Assembly (NCBI GenBank): GCA_043228905.1
Contig: JBHGNT010000002.1
Coordinates: forward strand, 5,332,001-5,396,000
Origin: Azolla caroliniana
Taxonomy: Eukaryota > Plantae > Polypodiophyta
DNA: 64,000 nucleotides
Reading direction: 5' to 3'
The notes beneath the pieces are model-generated. The model ran no database searches. It was not told the DNA's origin and worked only from the letters and a program-made list of their open reading frames with translations. The position numbers and the translations under genes were made by a program. Positions 46,061 to 56,781 of this stretch are shown in pieces. The number at the start of each line of letters is the position of its first letter. The first letter of the stretch is position 1.

Positions 46061-47742
46061 ACGTGGGTTAGCCTAAGAGGTCATGTGTCCCTATTTTCTT
46101 ACATTTCCATCTTTAGGCACTTGTTTAACTTACTTTTCGATTTTTCTTCATATGCTTTATGACGGGCATTTTTGTTGTGAGATAGTACGATCTTTACTCA
46201 TAAAACATTGCATACCTTTAAGGTATACCCAACTATTTTCAAGCGTGATCCTTCACTTTTTATCATCCGTCATTGTGTATACAATAGGCCTGTCTTCGGA
46301 GCAAGCAACACGATGTTTATTAGCTCGGTGTACCCCATGTACATTCACATCCTCATGCTTACAAATTCACTGATCCCCTTTCCGAAGAATACATGTGTTT
46401 CCATGTTCTCCTCTTTAATCCCACGCATGACAATGTTGGTGATATTGGCCCATTATTGATCATACTCTCGAACTTTGTGGCTACTTTCCAAGTGTTTGCC
46501 ATTGTAGGACCAAACCTTATGAGAAGTATACCTTTGAAACTTGTTAGCTTTATTTGATTACAGAACTAATCTTCTTAGGTCATATCATAGATCTTATAGA
46601 GAGGTATCAAGAGGTATTAAGTTCTGCGATGCATGATCTTACAGAGAAAAATGATCTACATGCTACACAATATCGTGTAAGACAAGAAGTGGAGGATGTT
46701 AATTGTCAATTACATAAGTTTTTTCATGACCTTCATGAATCACATGCACAACATAATGTGGTATGGTTGGAGGACAATGGTATCATGTGTTTTGATCCTC
46801 AAGAAATTGTGAAGAAATGCATAGAATATTATACACAATTGTTGGATGTATAAGTGTGTATCAATGATAATGTTAAAATAGATAACATTTTTTAATGGAG
46901 TAAAAAATCATGTATCACATGATGTGGCACAATCATTAAATGCTGACATTTTTAGGGGATGAGGTGGAAAATATCATATCACATCGTGCTAATAATAAGA
47001 GTTCCGGGTGGGATGGATCAACAAATGAACTCTTTAACAAGTGATTAATTTAAAGGGTTCTTTTACGGTCTTATTTCCAAAGGTGTGGACATATGGGGAA
47101 ATGCCTCATCCTTGGAAGATTGGTTTGATAAAGCTTTTGTTGAAGGTGCGTTCCCAGTCTTCCTTAGATCATTGGAGGCATATTTCATTGATGGGGGGGA
47201 ATGTACAACATTTTTGCAAAAATGAAGGCCAATAGATCACATACGGTTTCACCATCTACTATTCATAATGCTCAATATGGGTTCTTAGAAAAAAGAGACA
47301 TTTTACATAATATTTTAGATGTTCAAATGACAATTGACTATGCAAAGGACTCTAAACAAGAATTTGTGTTGCTACAATTGGATATATCGAGAAAGCCTAT
47401 GATAGATAATGTGGATTGGTCATTTTGGTTTGTCTAAGTTGATATACACATTGGGAAGGGTTCAGATTCACATGTGATGTTTAATGCAGGAGTAGAACAA
47501 CCTATTTCTATTCGGATACCAGTTAGACAAGGATGCTCGATTAGTCATTTACTATTCACTATTATGACACATCCTATTCTTGTTAAGTTACACAATATGG
47601 CTATGGAGGAAGAATTGCTTGGACTATGGTTGCCATTAGGGAAGCAATGTATTGTTAAAGCTCTGGGAGATGGCCATATCATGTTTTTGGCACCTAATCG
47701 GGAAAATATTAGGAAAACAAGATATGTGTGGGAATTGTTTTT

Positions 47743-48888
47743 TGTTATCTCTATTCCGAGATAACACCTTCGATTACTTCTACGGTAATCGGGTCAAGGG
47801 GTCGTGGTATTTAGTGGTGGACAAGAAACCCAGGATTGCACCGCTAGTTGATTACGGAAACAGTCGGCCACAACCGGCCCTGTAAATTTTACTTGAAATT
47901 AAGATAGCAAATCCAAATAACACAAATAGATGCTTGAACAGATTAGACCCACAAAGATAGATGTATTAATAGATTCATATGCAAAAGTTACACGGCTCAC
48001 GACCAAAGTTCTATTCTCATACAGTTAGACAAATAACCATTCTATTCCTCTATTCCTCTTCTCCCCCCTTTCTACTAATTCTGTTCCTCGTTTTATAGCT
48101 TCCCTCTTGGCGCGCTTCAATCAATCCTTTCTTCTCGGTTGCATGTATTCCGTTACCTTCCTCATTCTCGGTTGTCATTTTTCACCTACTTTACCTACTC
48201 GTATCCTTAGATTCGTTTCACATTGTATCGCTTTTGTCCCACGGATAACACCTGGCACGCTCGTAGGACAGTGCCTTTGCACGTCGAACCCAAAACTCGC
48301 AAAAATCGAAACCGAAACAGGCTATGTTACAAACTAAGTCATTCTTCTTCCAAAATGGCAAGGATGCCCTCGGGGTGTGGCTGTGTCGGTGCTGGAGGTG
48401 GCTCTTCTTCTGTGAGCTTGTTGGCGTGCAACTCAGATGATATATCCAACGGTTGGTAATATTCGTTTGGATGGACGCATCGACGAGGTTGGACGGTGGG
48501 GGTGGTCTGGTGAGGAGGTTGGGTTCGCCTCTTTGATGGAGCCGTTGTTGAAGTTCAGACATGCGGCTTTCCAAGGCCTGCCATAACTCTCTGGCCGTTT
48601 TCGCTTGCTTGCGGGCCTGTTTGTTGCTAATTGCCATATCTTGGCTGCACGGGTTGCCTTCTCTAATTCTCGATAGACCTTTACTAACGTCGTGTTGAGA
48701 TCGGGTAGCTCGATGCGCGCTCGACATTTCTTGGTGACGCGCCTTCATCCGACTTTTTGTAATTTTGGCTCATCATCACATTCGAGCTTGTTAACGAACG
48801 CTTGCTTGACCATTTGTTGCTCAACGTGTTCTTAAGCCATGCGGGACACGACTGCAACCTGGAGGCGAGCCATGAAATCTATGAGCTC
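47743..48888 (-). mobile_element. 3' end of a gypsy-type element: LTR 47743-48250 plus the end of an extra ORF
   Basis: TGTTATC...GATAACA termini and a minus-strand TATA at about 48092-48098. The minus-strand ORF ends LTEEEP...GILAILEEE* (stop 48339-48341) and is homologous to the element at 50317-61042. Confidence 0.75.
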
Positions 48889-49330
48889 TGTAAAGAATCA
48901 AGAGATGGATTCTTGTGAAGCGGAAGAGATGTGAGTTGTGTGTGTGTGTAAGAGAGAGAGAGAGAGACACACACACACACACACATAGAGTATACGCAAG
49001 GTTAAAAGTATATTAACAAAGGAGAAAGACTCAACATTATACAAGGTGGGAGGAGGGTGCTTTATGTAGTCACCCTCTTTCTTCATTAACTACAAGACTC
49101 ATGGAACATGGGGAATGTGAAAGCTCATAAGTTATGTGTCATAGAGACTCATACTAAATGCTAGAATACAAAGTGGTGACATAATGGTGACTCTTGACCG
49201 TTGAGGTGTCTCTTCACTCTCAAGGTGAGTTCACACACTAGACCAATTTGAGCTTGATTCTCAACACGCCCCCTCAAGCTCAAGTCGGGTCGGTTTCAGA
49301 CGGTATCCGAAATCCGCTTCGACACGCGTT
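48889..49330 (-). mobile_element. Copia-type 3' LTR (48889-49266) with PPT and about 60 bp of internal sequence; truncated
   Basis: TG...CA ends. The PPT context ttgagcttgagggggcg on the minus strand resembles that of the element at 39884. Confidence 0.75.
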
Positions 49331-50316
49331 CCTATTAATACCCTATTAATACCCTATTAATAGCCCACTACGTACCTTTTCAAAGTGCATGTTCACTCCT
49401 TGTTCTTGCATGTGTCTGTTTGGGGTGTCGTTACTGCTAAGGTATTTCGTATGCACGCTGTATTCCCCTTCCGAATCCGATTCAAAAGCCGAAATTGCTT
49501 CGGATTCGCCTTCGCCCGCTGCCAATGCCTGGAGAAGGGATTCCGCTTCCCGAAGGCTGCTTAGGTTGCTTCCTTCGTCCGGGTAGTCATTTTGTTGGGA
49601 ACGAAGTGACTCCTTGGCCACTCTCCGGATCACCTTGGAAAATGAGCGATCCGCTCTGATTTCTTCTGCTGCTTGCTGGAAAGCCTCTCGCTTCCTCAAC
49701 CGTTTAGCAAGTCTCCCTGATCGCTCCGTAACCGGGTCGTTCGTTGGTCTAGTCATCCATTCCCGTTGTTGTTTGTTGCGATTGTGCAGGAATCGTGGTT
49801 GCCAAAAATTGTGTTATTCCTTAGGGCTGGACAATGGCCTAACACAAAGTGTCTACGGAAGACACTTCACCAAAGGGGTGTTACGGCGAGATAACTTAAG
49901 ACACAACGATTAATCAAACTTAATTGGTTACTTAGCAAGATGACATTAGACTCGATACACGCGTATGATAGAACAATTAGTATAGAACGGTAATCAACAC
50001 CTAAAGATAAAACAAGAAGCTCTATTAATTATCCATCAAAGTTTTACATTGTAACCGGGCCTTTATATAGGTCACCGGTGCTGAATACAAAACGGTGCCA
50101 ACCGACACCTGTTCGGAACCGGTCCGGATCCGGATCGGCATACCGATTCCGGTCCGTCCGTTCACGTCTCATAAACTACATAATTATAATCTATTCCGAA
50201 TACACAATCCCTTTCACATTCTGGTCTTTAACTCCTTTGTCGGCCGGGTAACACATGGCTCTAGAAGACGAGTTGGCGGAGAGCCACTATTCAAGGCCAC
50301 ATTGGGCCAGAGCAAC
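49331..50316 (-). mobile_element. Gypsy-type LTR (49812-50253) with PBS and start of a gag-like ORF (49346-49756) on one side and more internal-like sequence on the other
   Basis: TGTTA...TAACA termini, minus-strand TATA at about 50062-50069, and minus-strand PBS tggcaaccacg (49794-49804) followed by an ATG about 40 nt later. Confidence 0.7.
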
Positions 50317-50987
50317 TGTTGCCTCTTAGGAACACGGTCCATGGTCAGTCCTTCGACCTAGACCCCAAGGTGGGTGTGGAACAACGCACAGGGTTTAAGC
50401 GTACTGCATAAGGAGAGAACCTCTGTAATTCCTCCGCGTATAAGGGAAGACGGCTACAACTGAATCCTTATCACAGGTTACACTTACGTACTACTACGCT
50501 TAAGTATCCGAGACACAAACACTAAATTAGCCGCAGCTATACACAGAAACTCAGAGAAGATAGAATTCTATTATCAGGCGTTCTTTACATTCCCCAAAAT
50601 TTACATGCACCTCCATAAGAGGTTTTCTGCCCTTTATATATGCAGGGTCTAATTAGCAGTTCACGCTTCCCGCGTGAACCGTTACATACGTTATGCTCTT
50701 ATATAGTTTCTTATTCCTACGCTTTTGGCCGTCGGTTACTATTCCGGCGGACAACACATGGCACGCCTGTGGGACAATGCCTTTGCACGTCAGACCCATC
50801 TCGTTAATCTTCTTCCAAAATGGCCCGGATGTTCGGCTCTGTTGTGGTGTCCTCGTCCGAAGTTGATGTAGGGCTCGTAGGTGCATCATGGTGCGGCTCC
50901 TTTGCTTGGTCGGCCTGGTTTCTCCCGGGGTCGCCTTCGTCGTGTGCGGGTGGTCCGGGTACGATGGGCTCTTCTTGAGTTAGTGGG

Positions 50988-51305
50988 TTAACTTCTTCCG
51001 AATGGAAGAGTTGGTGACCGTGTCGATGTTAAGCTGTCTGGCGATATCCATGCTTTTGCGACCCGAATGTAACCATCCAAGCGTTTCTCCACGAGCCATC
51101 GGCGTAGGGCAGTAGAGATGAAGATCGGCATCGCTAGGGTAGGTTCATGGAGAGGAGACGGGTAGTAGTGGTGAGTTGGAGCTCTGCGATAGGATGGGGA
51201 AGAAGGTGAGGAGGAGGAGCGATGGGAGCGCTGATAGCTAGAAGATGGGTTTCTGCTTTGTGCAGAAAATCTTCTTCCGAATGGAAGAGTTGGTGACCGT
51301 GTCGA
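50988..51305. repeat. Duplicate of about 290 bp of the copia right-flank sequence (56790-57076) plus a 35-bp partial third copy
   Basis: taacttcttccgaatggaagagttgg...gcagaaaatcttct is present on both sides of the copia. Confidence 0.92.
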
Positions 51306-54300
51306 TGTTGTAAACAAGGCCGTGTCGATGCGGAAGATCTAATAGCATTCGATTAGGGTTGAGTACCTGCGTATGACAGAATCATAGATCGTGCACAGAG
51401 ATAGAGAGAGAGAGAGAGAGAGAGGCACAAAAAGAGTTTCTATTCAATAGAAGAAATAATACAACAACCCCCCCTTACAAAAAGGTTACAAGGTCAATAT
51501 ATATAGTGACCGACTTAGGGCAACTACCATTTATGCTAATTACACAAATGGCCCAAAGGGATAGTGTGAATACGTCCATTATACACAGTATTCGACACTC
51601 CCCCGTAATGGGCGTATACATGGGTTATCTAGGATTACAGGTATAGACTTAGGTTCTCGGACATATCAGCTTTGTTCGAGTCGGCAGGGTCCGAAGGCAG
51701 AAGACCGAACTGGTCGGGTCGGAACAGTTGAAGCCGATCATTAAGGAACTGATGTCGGTTGTCGGGAACCATCCTGCGCTGTGTCCGGCTCTAACCGGAC
51801 TAGTTTGTCGTTACGCCCATCTGATGCCGAAGAGACCGAAAACGGTCTGCCGAAAGACACTTGGTCATTCCATCTGCGACATTGTCGGTTGTGGATATTT
51901 TCTCTAGACCGATTTTCCCTGAAATGACGCAGTCCCGAACGAAGTGATATCGAACGTCGATATGTTTGGAGGCGTTGTGGTGAACCGGATTTTTTGACAA
52001 GGCAACAGCACCTTGACTGTCGCTGTAGACAACTGGGGCCGAGTCATGGTCGACTTGTCGAAACGTGTGCGCCAGCCGACCGAGCCACAAAGCTTCTTTT
52101 GCTGCGTCGGACGCAGCTACATATTCTGCTTCGGTCGTTGAGGTTGCTGTGCACTCCTGAAGTTTCGACTTCCACGAGATTGCTCCATTGCCGAATTTGA
52201 AGCAGTATCCGGTTGTTGATTTCCGACTGTCTATACAGCCGGCGAAGTCCGAGTCGGTGTAACCGACTACGCCTGAGGTTTGGTTCGGACCGAAAAGAAT
52301 GCCGTGGTCTTTTGTGCCAGCCAGATATCTGAACACATGCTTGACTGCGTTCCAATGCGATCGGCCAGGATTGTGCATAAATCTGCTAACGACTCCTACG
52401 GCATGAGAAATATCAGGCCGTGTCGCGACCATCAGGTACATAAGGGAGCCGACTGCCGGTGCATACGGTACCGACTTCATATCTTCCCCCTCCGGACCGG
52501 ATGTCGGGCAGTCTCGCTGAGAGAGCCGAAGATTCATGGGGAGCGGGGTTGATGCAGATTTGGCTGATTGCATGTTGAAGCGTTCCAAGACACGTCGGAT
52601 ATAGTCGGTCTGAGACAAAAAAAGATGTCGTTTATCGCGATGCCGACTAATCTTCATGCCGAGTATGTGTCGTGCCGGACCGAGGTCCTTCATGGCAAAC
52701 TTCAACCGCAGTTGCCGAATGAGATCGGCAAGTTCGCCCGCGTGGCGTCCAGAAATTAGCATGTCGTCCACGTAAATGATGAGAAAGATGGGTGATCCAT
52801 CTTGAGCTGTGTTGGTGAAGAGACAATGGTCCTCATCGCTTTTGGAGAAGCCGATCGATTGGATGAAGTCGTCGAACTTCTTGTACCATTGTCGCGGTGC
52901 CTGTTTGAGGCCGTATAGACTCTTCCTGAGTCGGCAGACTAGATGTTCTTGGCCAGTTGCCACGAAGCCTTTGGGCTGCTCCATATAAATTTCCTCGTCA
53001 AGATCACCATGGAGAAAGGCTGTTTTGACATCTAGCTGAATCAGCTCCAAGTTGTCGGCTGCCACTACGCCGAGTAGGAAACGAAGGGTTGTCATTTTCA
53101 CCACTGGTGAAAAAATCTCGTCGAAGTCGACGCCATATTCTTGTCGGAAGCCCTTCGCAACTAATCTGGCCTTGTACTTTGGGGTGGTCGAATCAGACGT
53201 CTCTTTTAGTCGATAAACCCACTTGCAAGGAAGAGCACGTCGGTTCCTAGGTAATTCGACCAGATCCCAAGTCTTGTTTGCCCGAATGGAGTGCATTTCC
53301 GACTCCATCGCCAGATGCCAGGTGGCTGAATCGACAGATGTCGATGCTTCTTCGTAAGACGTCGGTTCGCCGGCGTCGGTGAAGAAAATTCCAGGAGAAT
53401 ACCTCTCCGGAGGTTGCGACAGTCTCTCGGATCGTCGAGGTATGATTGGACTGGTCGCGTCGGGTATCGAGGTCGGATGGTCCGAAAGCGGATTGTTCTG
53501 CTGTGCCGAGTCGGGGTTGTCCGAGTCGGTAGTGTAAGGTTCAGCTACCCGTGAAGCTGACCGTGTGTTGAGAGCGGGGCCTGCTTGAAGGGTCGGCACA
53601 TCGGAAAATGTGACCCTTCGGACTTCGATCGGTTTTTCGACTGATGGATTCATAGCCGACTCGTTGAACACAACGTCCGAACTTCGAACGATTTGTCTGC
53701 GTTCGGGGTCCCAGAGTCGGTATCCCATTTCGCCGTCTGATCCATATCCAAGGAAGATGCATTTCCTGGACCGAGGTGCAAGTTTTCGGCGATCATCTTT
53801 CGGAATGAGGGCGTACGCCTCGCATCCGAAGATCCTCAGCTTGTCGTAATTCGGCTTACTGCCGATCCATAGTTCCTGAGGAATTTGAAGTCCTAGAGGT
53901 CTACTTGGCGACATATTGATTATGTGTACTGCCGTGAGTAGAGCCTCTGCCCAGAAGCCATCCGACAGTCCGGAGTGTTGGAGCATGGAAACTATCCGTT
54001 CTTGGATTGTCCGATTCATGCGTTCGGCAATCCCGTTTTGCTCCGGACTGTGTGGTGCCGTAAATTCACGTCGGATGCCGCGTTGTCGGCAGAATTTGAC
54101 GAATTCTTCGGATTTGAACTCTCCCCCATTGTCTGTTCGAAAGCATTTCAGCTTTCGGTCGGTTTGATTTTCTACCATAGCGAGCCAATCGGAGAAGATC
54201 GAGAAGACACGATCTTTGGTGCGAATTGGATACGCCCACACCTTTCGAGTCGAATCGTCAATAAAACTGACGAAGTAAGAGGCACCACCAAGAGACTGAT

Positions 54301-56576
54301 GCGGCATTGGGCCACAGACGTCCGAGTGGACTAGATCGAGAGGTCTCGTTTCTCTTGGTGCTGAGGTCGGGTGTGATGCGGCTGCTTGTTTGCCATACTG
54401 GCAATGCTCGCAGAATTGATGGTCGGAGAAGGAGAGTTTGGGGATGTATCCGGCTCTAGATAGATGCGTAATGCCGGCCTTGCTGAGGTGTCCTAATCTT
54501 CGGTGCCATAGTGATGACACAGGAATATCCACCAAAAACAGGTTACCCTCTCTGAGCGTAACATGTAACGGGTACAGGGAGTGTATCTTGGGTCCTCTGG
54601 CAAGCAGGAGGTTCCCCCTGTGGAGTGTCCACCCTCCCGAAGAAAAACCGGCACGAATGCCGTCTTCATCTAGTTGTCCGACTGAGATCAATGGCCTTGA
54701 GAGCTCGGGTACATGTCGGACATTGTGGAGTACAAGTGTAGAGCCACCTGCAAGGTTGAGCTCTACTGTGCCGATTCCGATGATGTCACAGTGTTGTGAG
54801 TTGCCGACTCGAACTGAGTCGGAGTGACGGATCGTATATTGCCGAAATTGGGATCGATGAGGAGTCACGTGAAATGACGCGCCCGAATCTAAGAGCCATG
54901 TGCTCGATTCTTCAGTCGTGAGTAGAACTTCTGATCCGACTGGATTTTCGATTGATAGTATATTCGGGTCGTTTGGTAGCACATCAGCTGAGAAGCTGAC
55001 GTAATTGATCTCCTCATGCCGGCCACTCTTCTTGTTGTTCTTGTTCTTGAGTGCGCGGCAGTCGGCTTTGATGTGTCCGGGTTTCTTGCAATAGTTGCAG
55101 ATTCGGTTATCCCGTGACTGGCTCCGTCTTCGCTGGTTGTTCGGCGGTCGTGAGGAATCTCTTCCTCGTATGTTCGATCGGTCTGTCGAACCTTGTACTA
55201 CATAAGCGTCGTCTGTTGAGTCTTTGGCGAAAGACTTTCTCCGAGCTGCTTCGGTCAGGATTGCGCTCGTGACTTCGGAGTATTTAACAGCCGTGGTTGA
55301 CGCGTTGCACACGGTTGTGACGAAAGTTTCCCATGATGAGGGGAGGCTGCTCATGAGTATCATTGCTCTGAGTTCATCCTCGATTGCCGTCCCCTGTGAC
55401 GAGATTTGGGAGCTTATGCTTTCGTACTCATTTAGGTGTGCTTGAACCGAATCGGATTCTTTCATCCGCAAGTTGTAGAGGCGCCGGATCAGAAACATCT
55501 TCGTTGCGGCGACCTTCTTTTCGTAAGTGTCCGACAGTGTTTTCCACAGTTCGAATGCTGTCGTACACGATTGCACCGTAAAGTATACCGATTCCGATAG
55601 GTGCATTCGAATCGTGGCGCGGACAATTCTGTCCAGCTTCTGCCACTCAATTGGTTTGTATCCTTCTGGAGGTTCTTCATTTTCGATGGGATCGATTTGC
55701 CCCTTGACTATGAGATAGTCCTGCATTTGTTCCTTCCAGAAGTTGAAGTTCGATCCATCGAACTTTCGTAGACTCATTTCTGACGAGCTGGATGTTGATG
55801 CCATCAAATTCGGTTTCGGTTGACGAAGCTCGGTTCGGAGTTGACTACGAACCTTGTTGGAGTGCAGCCGGTTGGCTCACCCGATATCGTTCTAGTCGGA
55901 TTTGAACCCGAGTTGGTTCGGCTTCGGAACTTGCTCGAATTGACTCCGGTAGCTTGAGGGACAGAACCGACTGGTCTTCCCGAATGTTGCCGAGTCGGAG
56001 TGAGCCCGGTTCGCTTCGGATATATATGCCGAATACCGATTATTGAAACCGATTATCTGGACCGATTCTGCTTCGGTTGACTGCAGCGACGAGAGAGACG
56101 GATCCAACTGATCCTCTCGAATGTCGATCAGCCGGATGAAGCGCGAATTGGGGTTGTTGTCTTGAGACCGATCTGCACCGAGTGGTTACAATGAGCGGCG
56201 AGCAGCGTTTGTTGACCTCTTCGGATGCCGTTCAACCGAGTGGAGCACGATCGTGTCAATGTTACACAAGGGGATTTCACCTCGAGCGGTTACGATCACA
56301 AGGAACAGAGTACAACCGGCTGGCTTACTCCAAGTGAAGATGATCTAACGCGATGAGGTGCAAGCCTCGTTTTTCTTCTTCTTCTCTCTTCTTCGAATGA
56401 CGCAAGAAACCGAATGCTGTGCAGGCTGAGACGACGGCCGACAGCAGATTGAAGGACCGAATACTGTGCAGGCTCTGATACCAGATGTTGTAAACAAGGC
56501 CGTGTCGATGCGGAAGATCTAATAGCATTCGATTAGGGTTGAGTACCTGCGTATGACAGAATCATAGATCGTGCAC

Positions 56577-56608
<32 letters not shown>

Positions 56609-56781
56609 GCACAAAAAGAGTTTCTATTCAATAGAAGAAATAATACAACAACCCCCCCTTACAAAAAGGTTACAAGGTCAATATATATAGTGACCGACTT
56701 AGGGCAACTACCATTTATGCTAATTACACAAATGGCCCAAAGGGATAGTGTGAATACGTCCATTATACACAGTATTCGACA
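51306..56781 (-). mobile_element. Intact young Ty1/copia retrotransposon; LTRs 51306-51597 and 56486-56781
   Basis: The LTRs appear identical except for (GA)n length. PBS tggtatcagagc at 56472-56483, PPT gggggag at 51598-51604, and a single open polyprotein. Confidence 0.98.
51800..55804 (-). CDS. Copia Gag-Pol polyprotein (about 1334 aa)
   Basis: Uninterrupted ORF with CNYCKKPGHIKADC, WLLDSGAS, WHRRLGH/CEHC, DDE integrase, IYVDD and RNase H ADGMTK. Confidence 0.97.
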   Translation of the reverse strand: MASTSSSSEMSLRKFDGSNFNFWKEQMQDYLIVKGQIDPIENEEPPEGYKPIEWQKLDRIVRATIRMHLSESVYFTVQSCTTAFELWKTLSDTYEKKVAATKMFLIRRLYNLRMKESDSVQAHLNEYESISSQISSQGTAIEDELRAMILMSSLPSSWETFVTTVCNASTTAVKYSEVTSAILTEAARRKSFAKDSTDDAYVVQGSTDRSNIRGRDSSRPPNNQRRRSQSRDNRICNYCKKPGHIKADCRALKNKNNKKSGRHEEINYVSFSADVLPNDPNILSIENPVGSEVLLTTEESSTWLLDSGASFHVTPHRSQFRQYTIRHSDSVRVGNSQHCDIIGIGTVELNLAGGSTLVLHNVRHVPELSRPLISVGQLDEDGIRAGFSSGGWTLHRGNLLLARGPKIHSLYPLHVTLREGNLFLVDIPVSSLWHRRLGHLSKAGITHLSRAGYIPKLSFSDHQFCEHCQYGKQAAASHPTSAPRETRPLDLVHSDVCGPMPHQSLGGASYFVSFIDDSTRKVWAYPIRTKDRVFSIFSDWLAMVENQTDRKLKCFRTDNGGEFKSEEFVKFCRQRGIRREFTAPHSPEQNGIAERMNRTIQERIVSMLQHSGLSDGFWAEALLTAVHIINMSPSRPLGLQIPQELWIGSKPNYDKLRIFGCEAYALIPKDDRRKLAPRSRKCIFLGYGSDGEMGYRLWDPERRQIVRSSDVVFNESAMNPSVEKPIEVRRVTFSDVPTLQAGPALNTRSASRVAEPYTTDSDNPDSAQQNNPLSDHPTSIPDATSPIIPRRSERLSQPPERYSPGIFFTDAGEPTSYEEASTSVDSATWHLAMESEMHSIRANKTWDLVELPRNRRALPCKWVYRLKETSDSTTPKYKARLVAKGFRQEYGVDFDEIFSPVVKMTTLRFLLGVVAADNLELIQLDVKTAFLHGDLDEEIYMEQPKGFVATGQEHLVCRLRKSLYGLKQAPRQWYKKFDDFIQSIGFSKSDEDHCLFTNTAQDGSPIFLIIYVDDMLISGRHAGELADLIRQLRLKFAMKDLGPARHILGMKISRHRDKRHLFLSQTDYIRRVLERFNMQSAKSASTPLPMNLRLSQRDCPTSGPEGEDMKSVPYAPAVGSLMYLMVATRPDISHAVGVVSRFMHNPGRSHWNAVKHVFRYLAGTKDHGILFGPNQTSGVVGYTDSDFAGCIDSRKSTTGYCFKFGNGAISWKSKLQECTATSTTEAEYVAASDAAKEALWLGRLAHTFRQVDHDSAPVVYSDSQGAVALSKNPVHHNASKHIDVRYHFVRDCVISGKIGLEKISTTDNVADGMTKCLSADRFRSLRHQMGVTTN

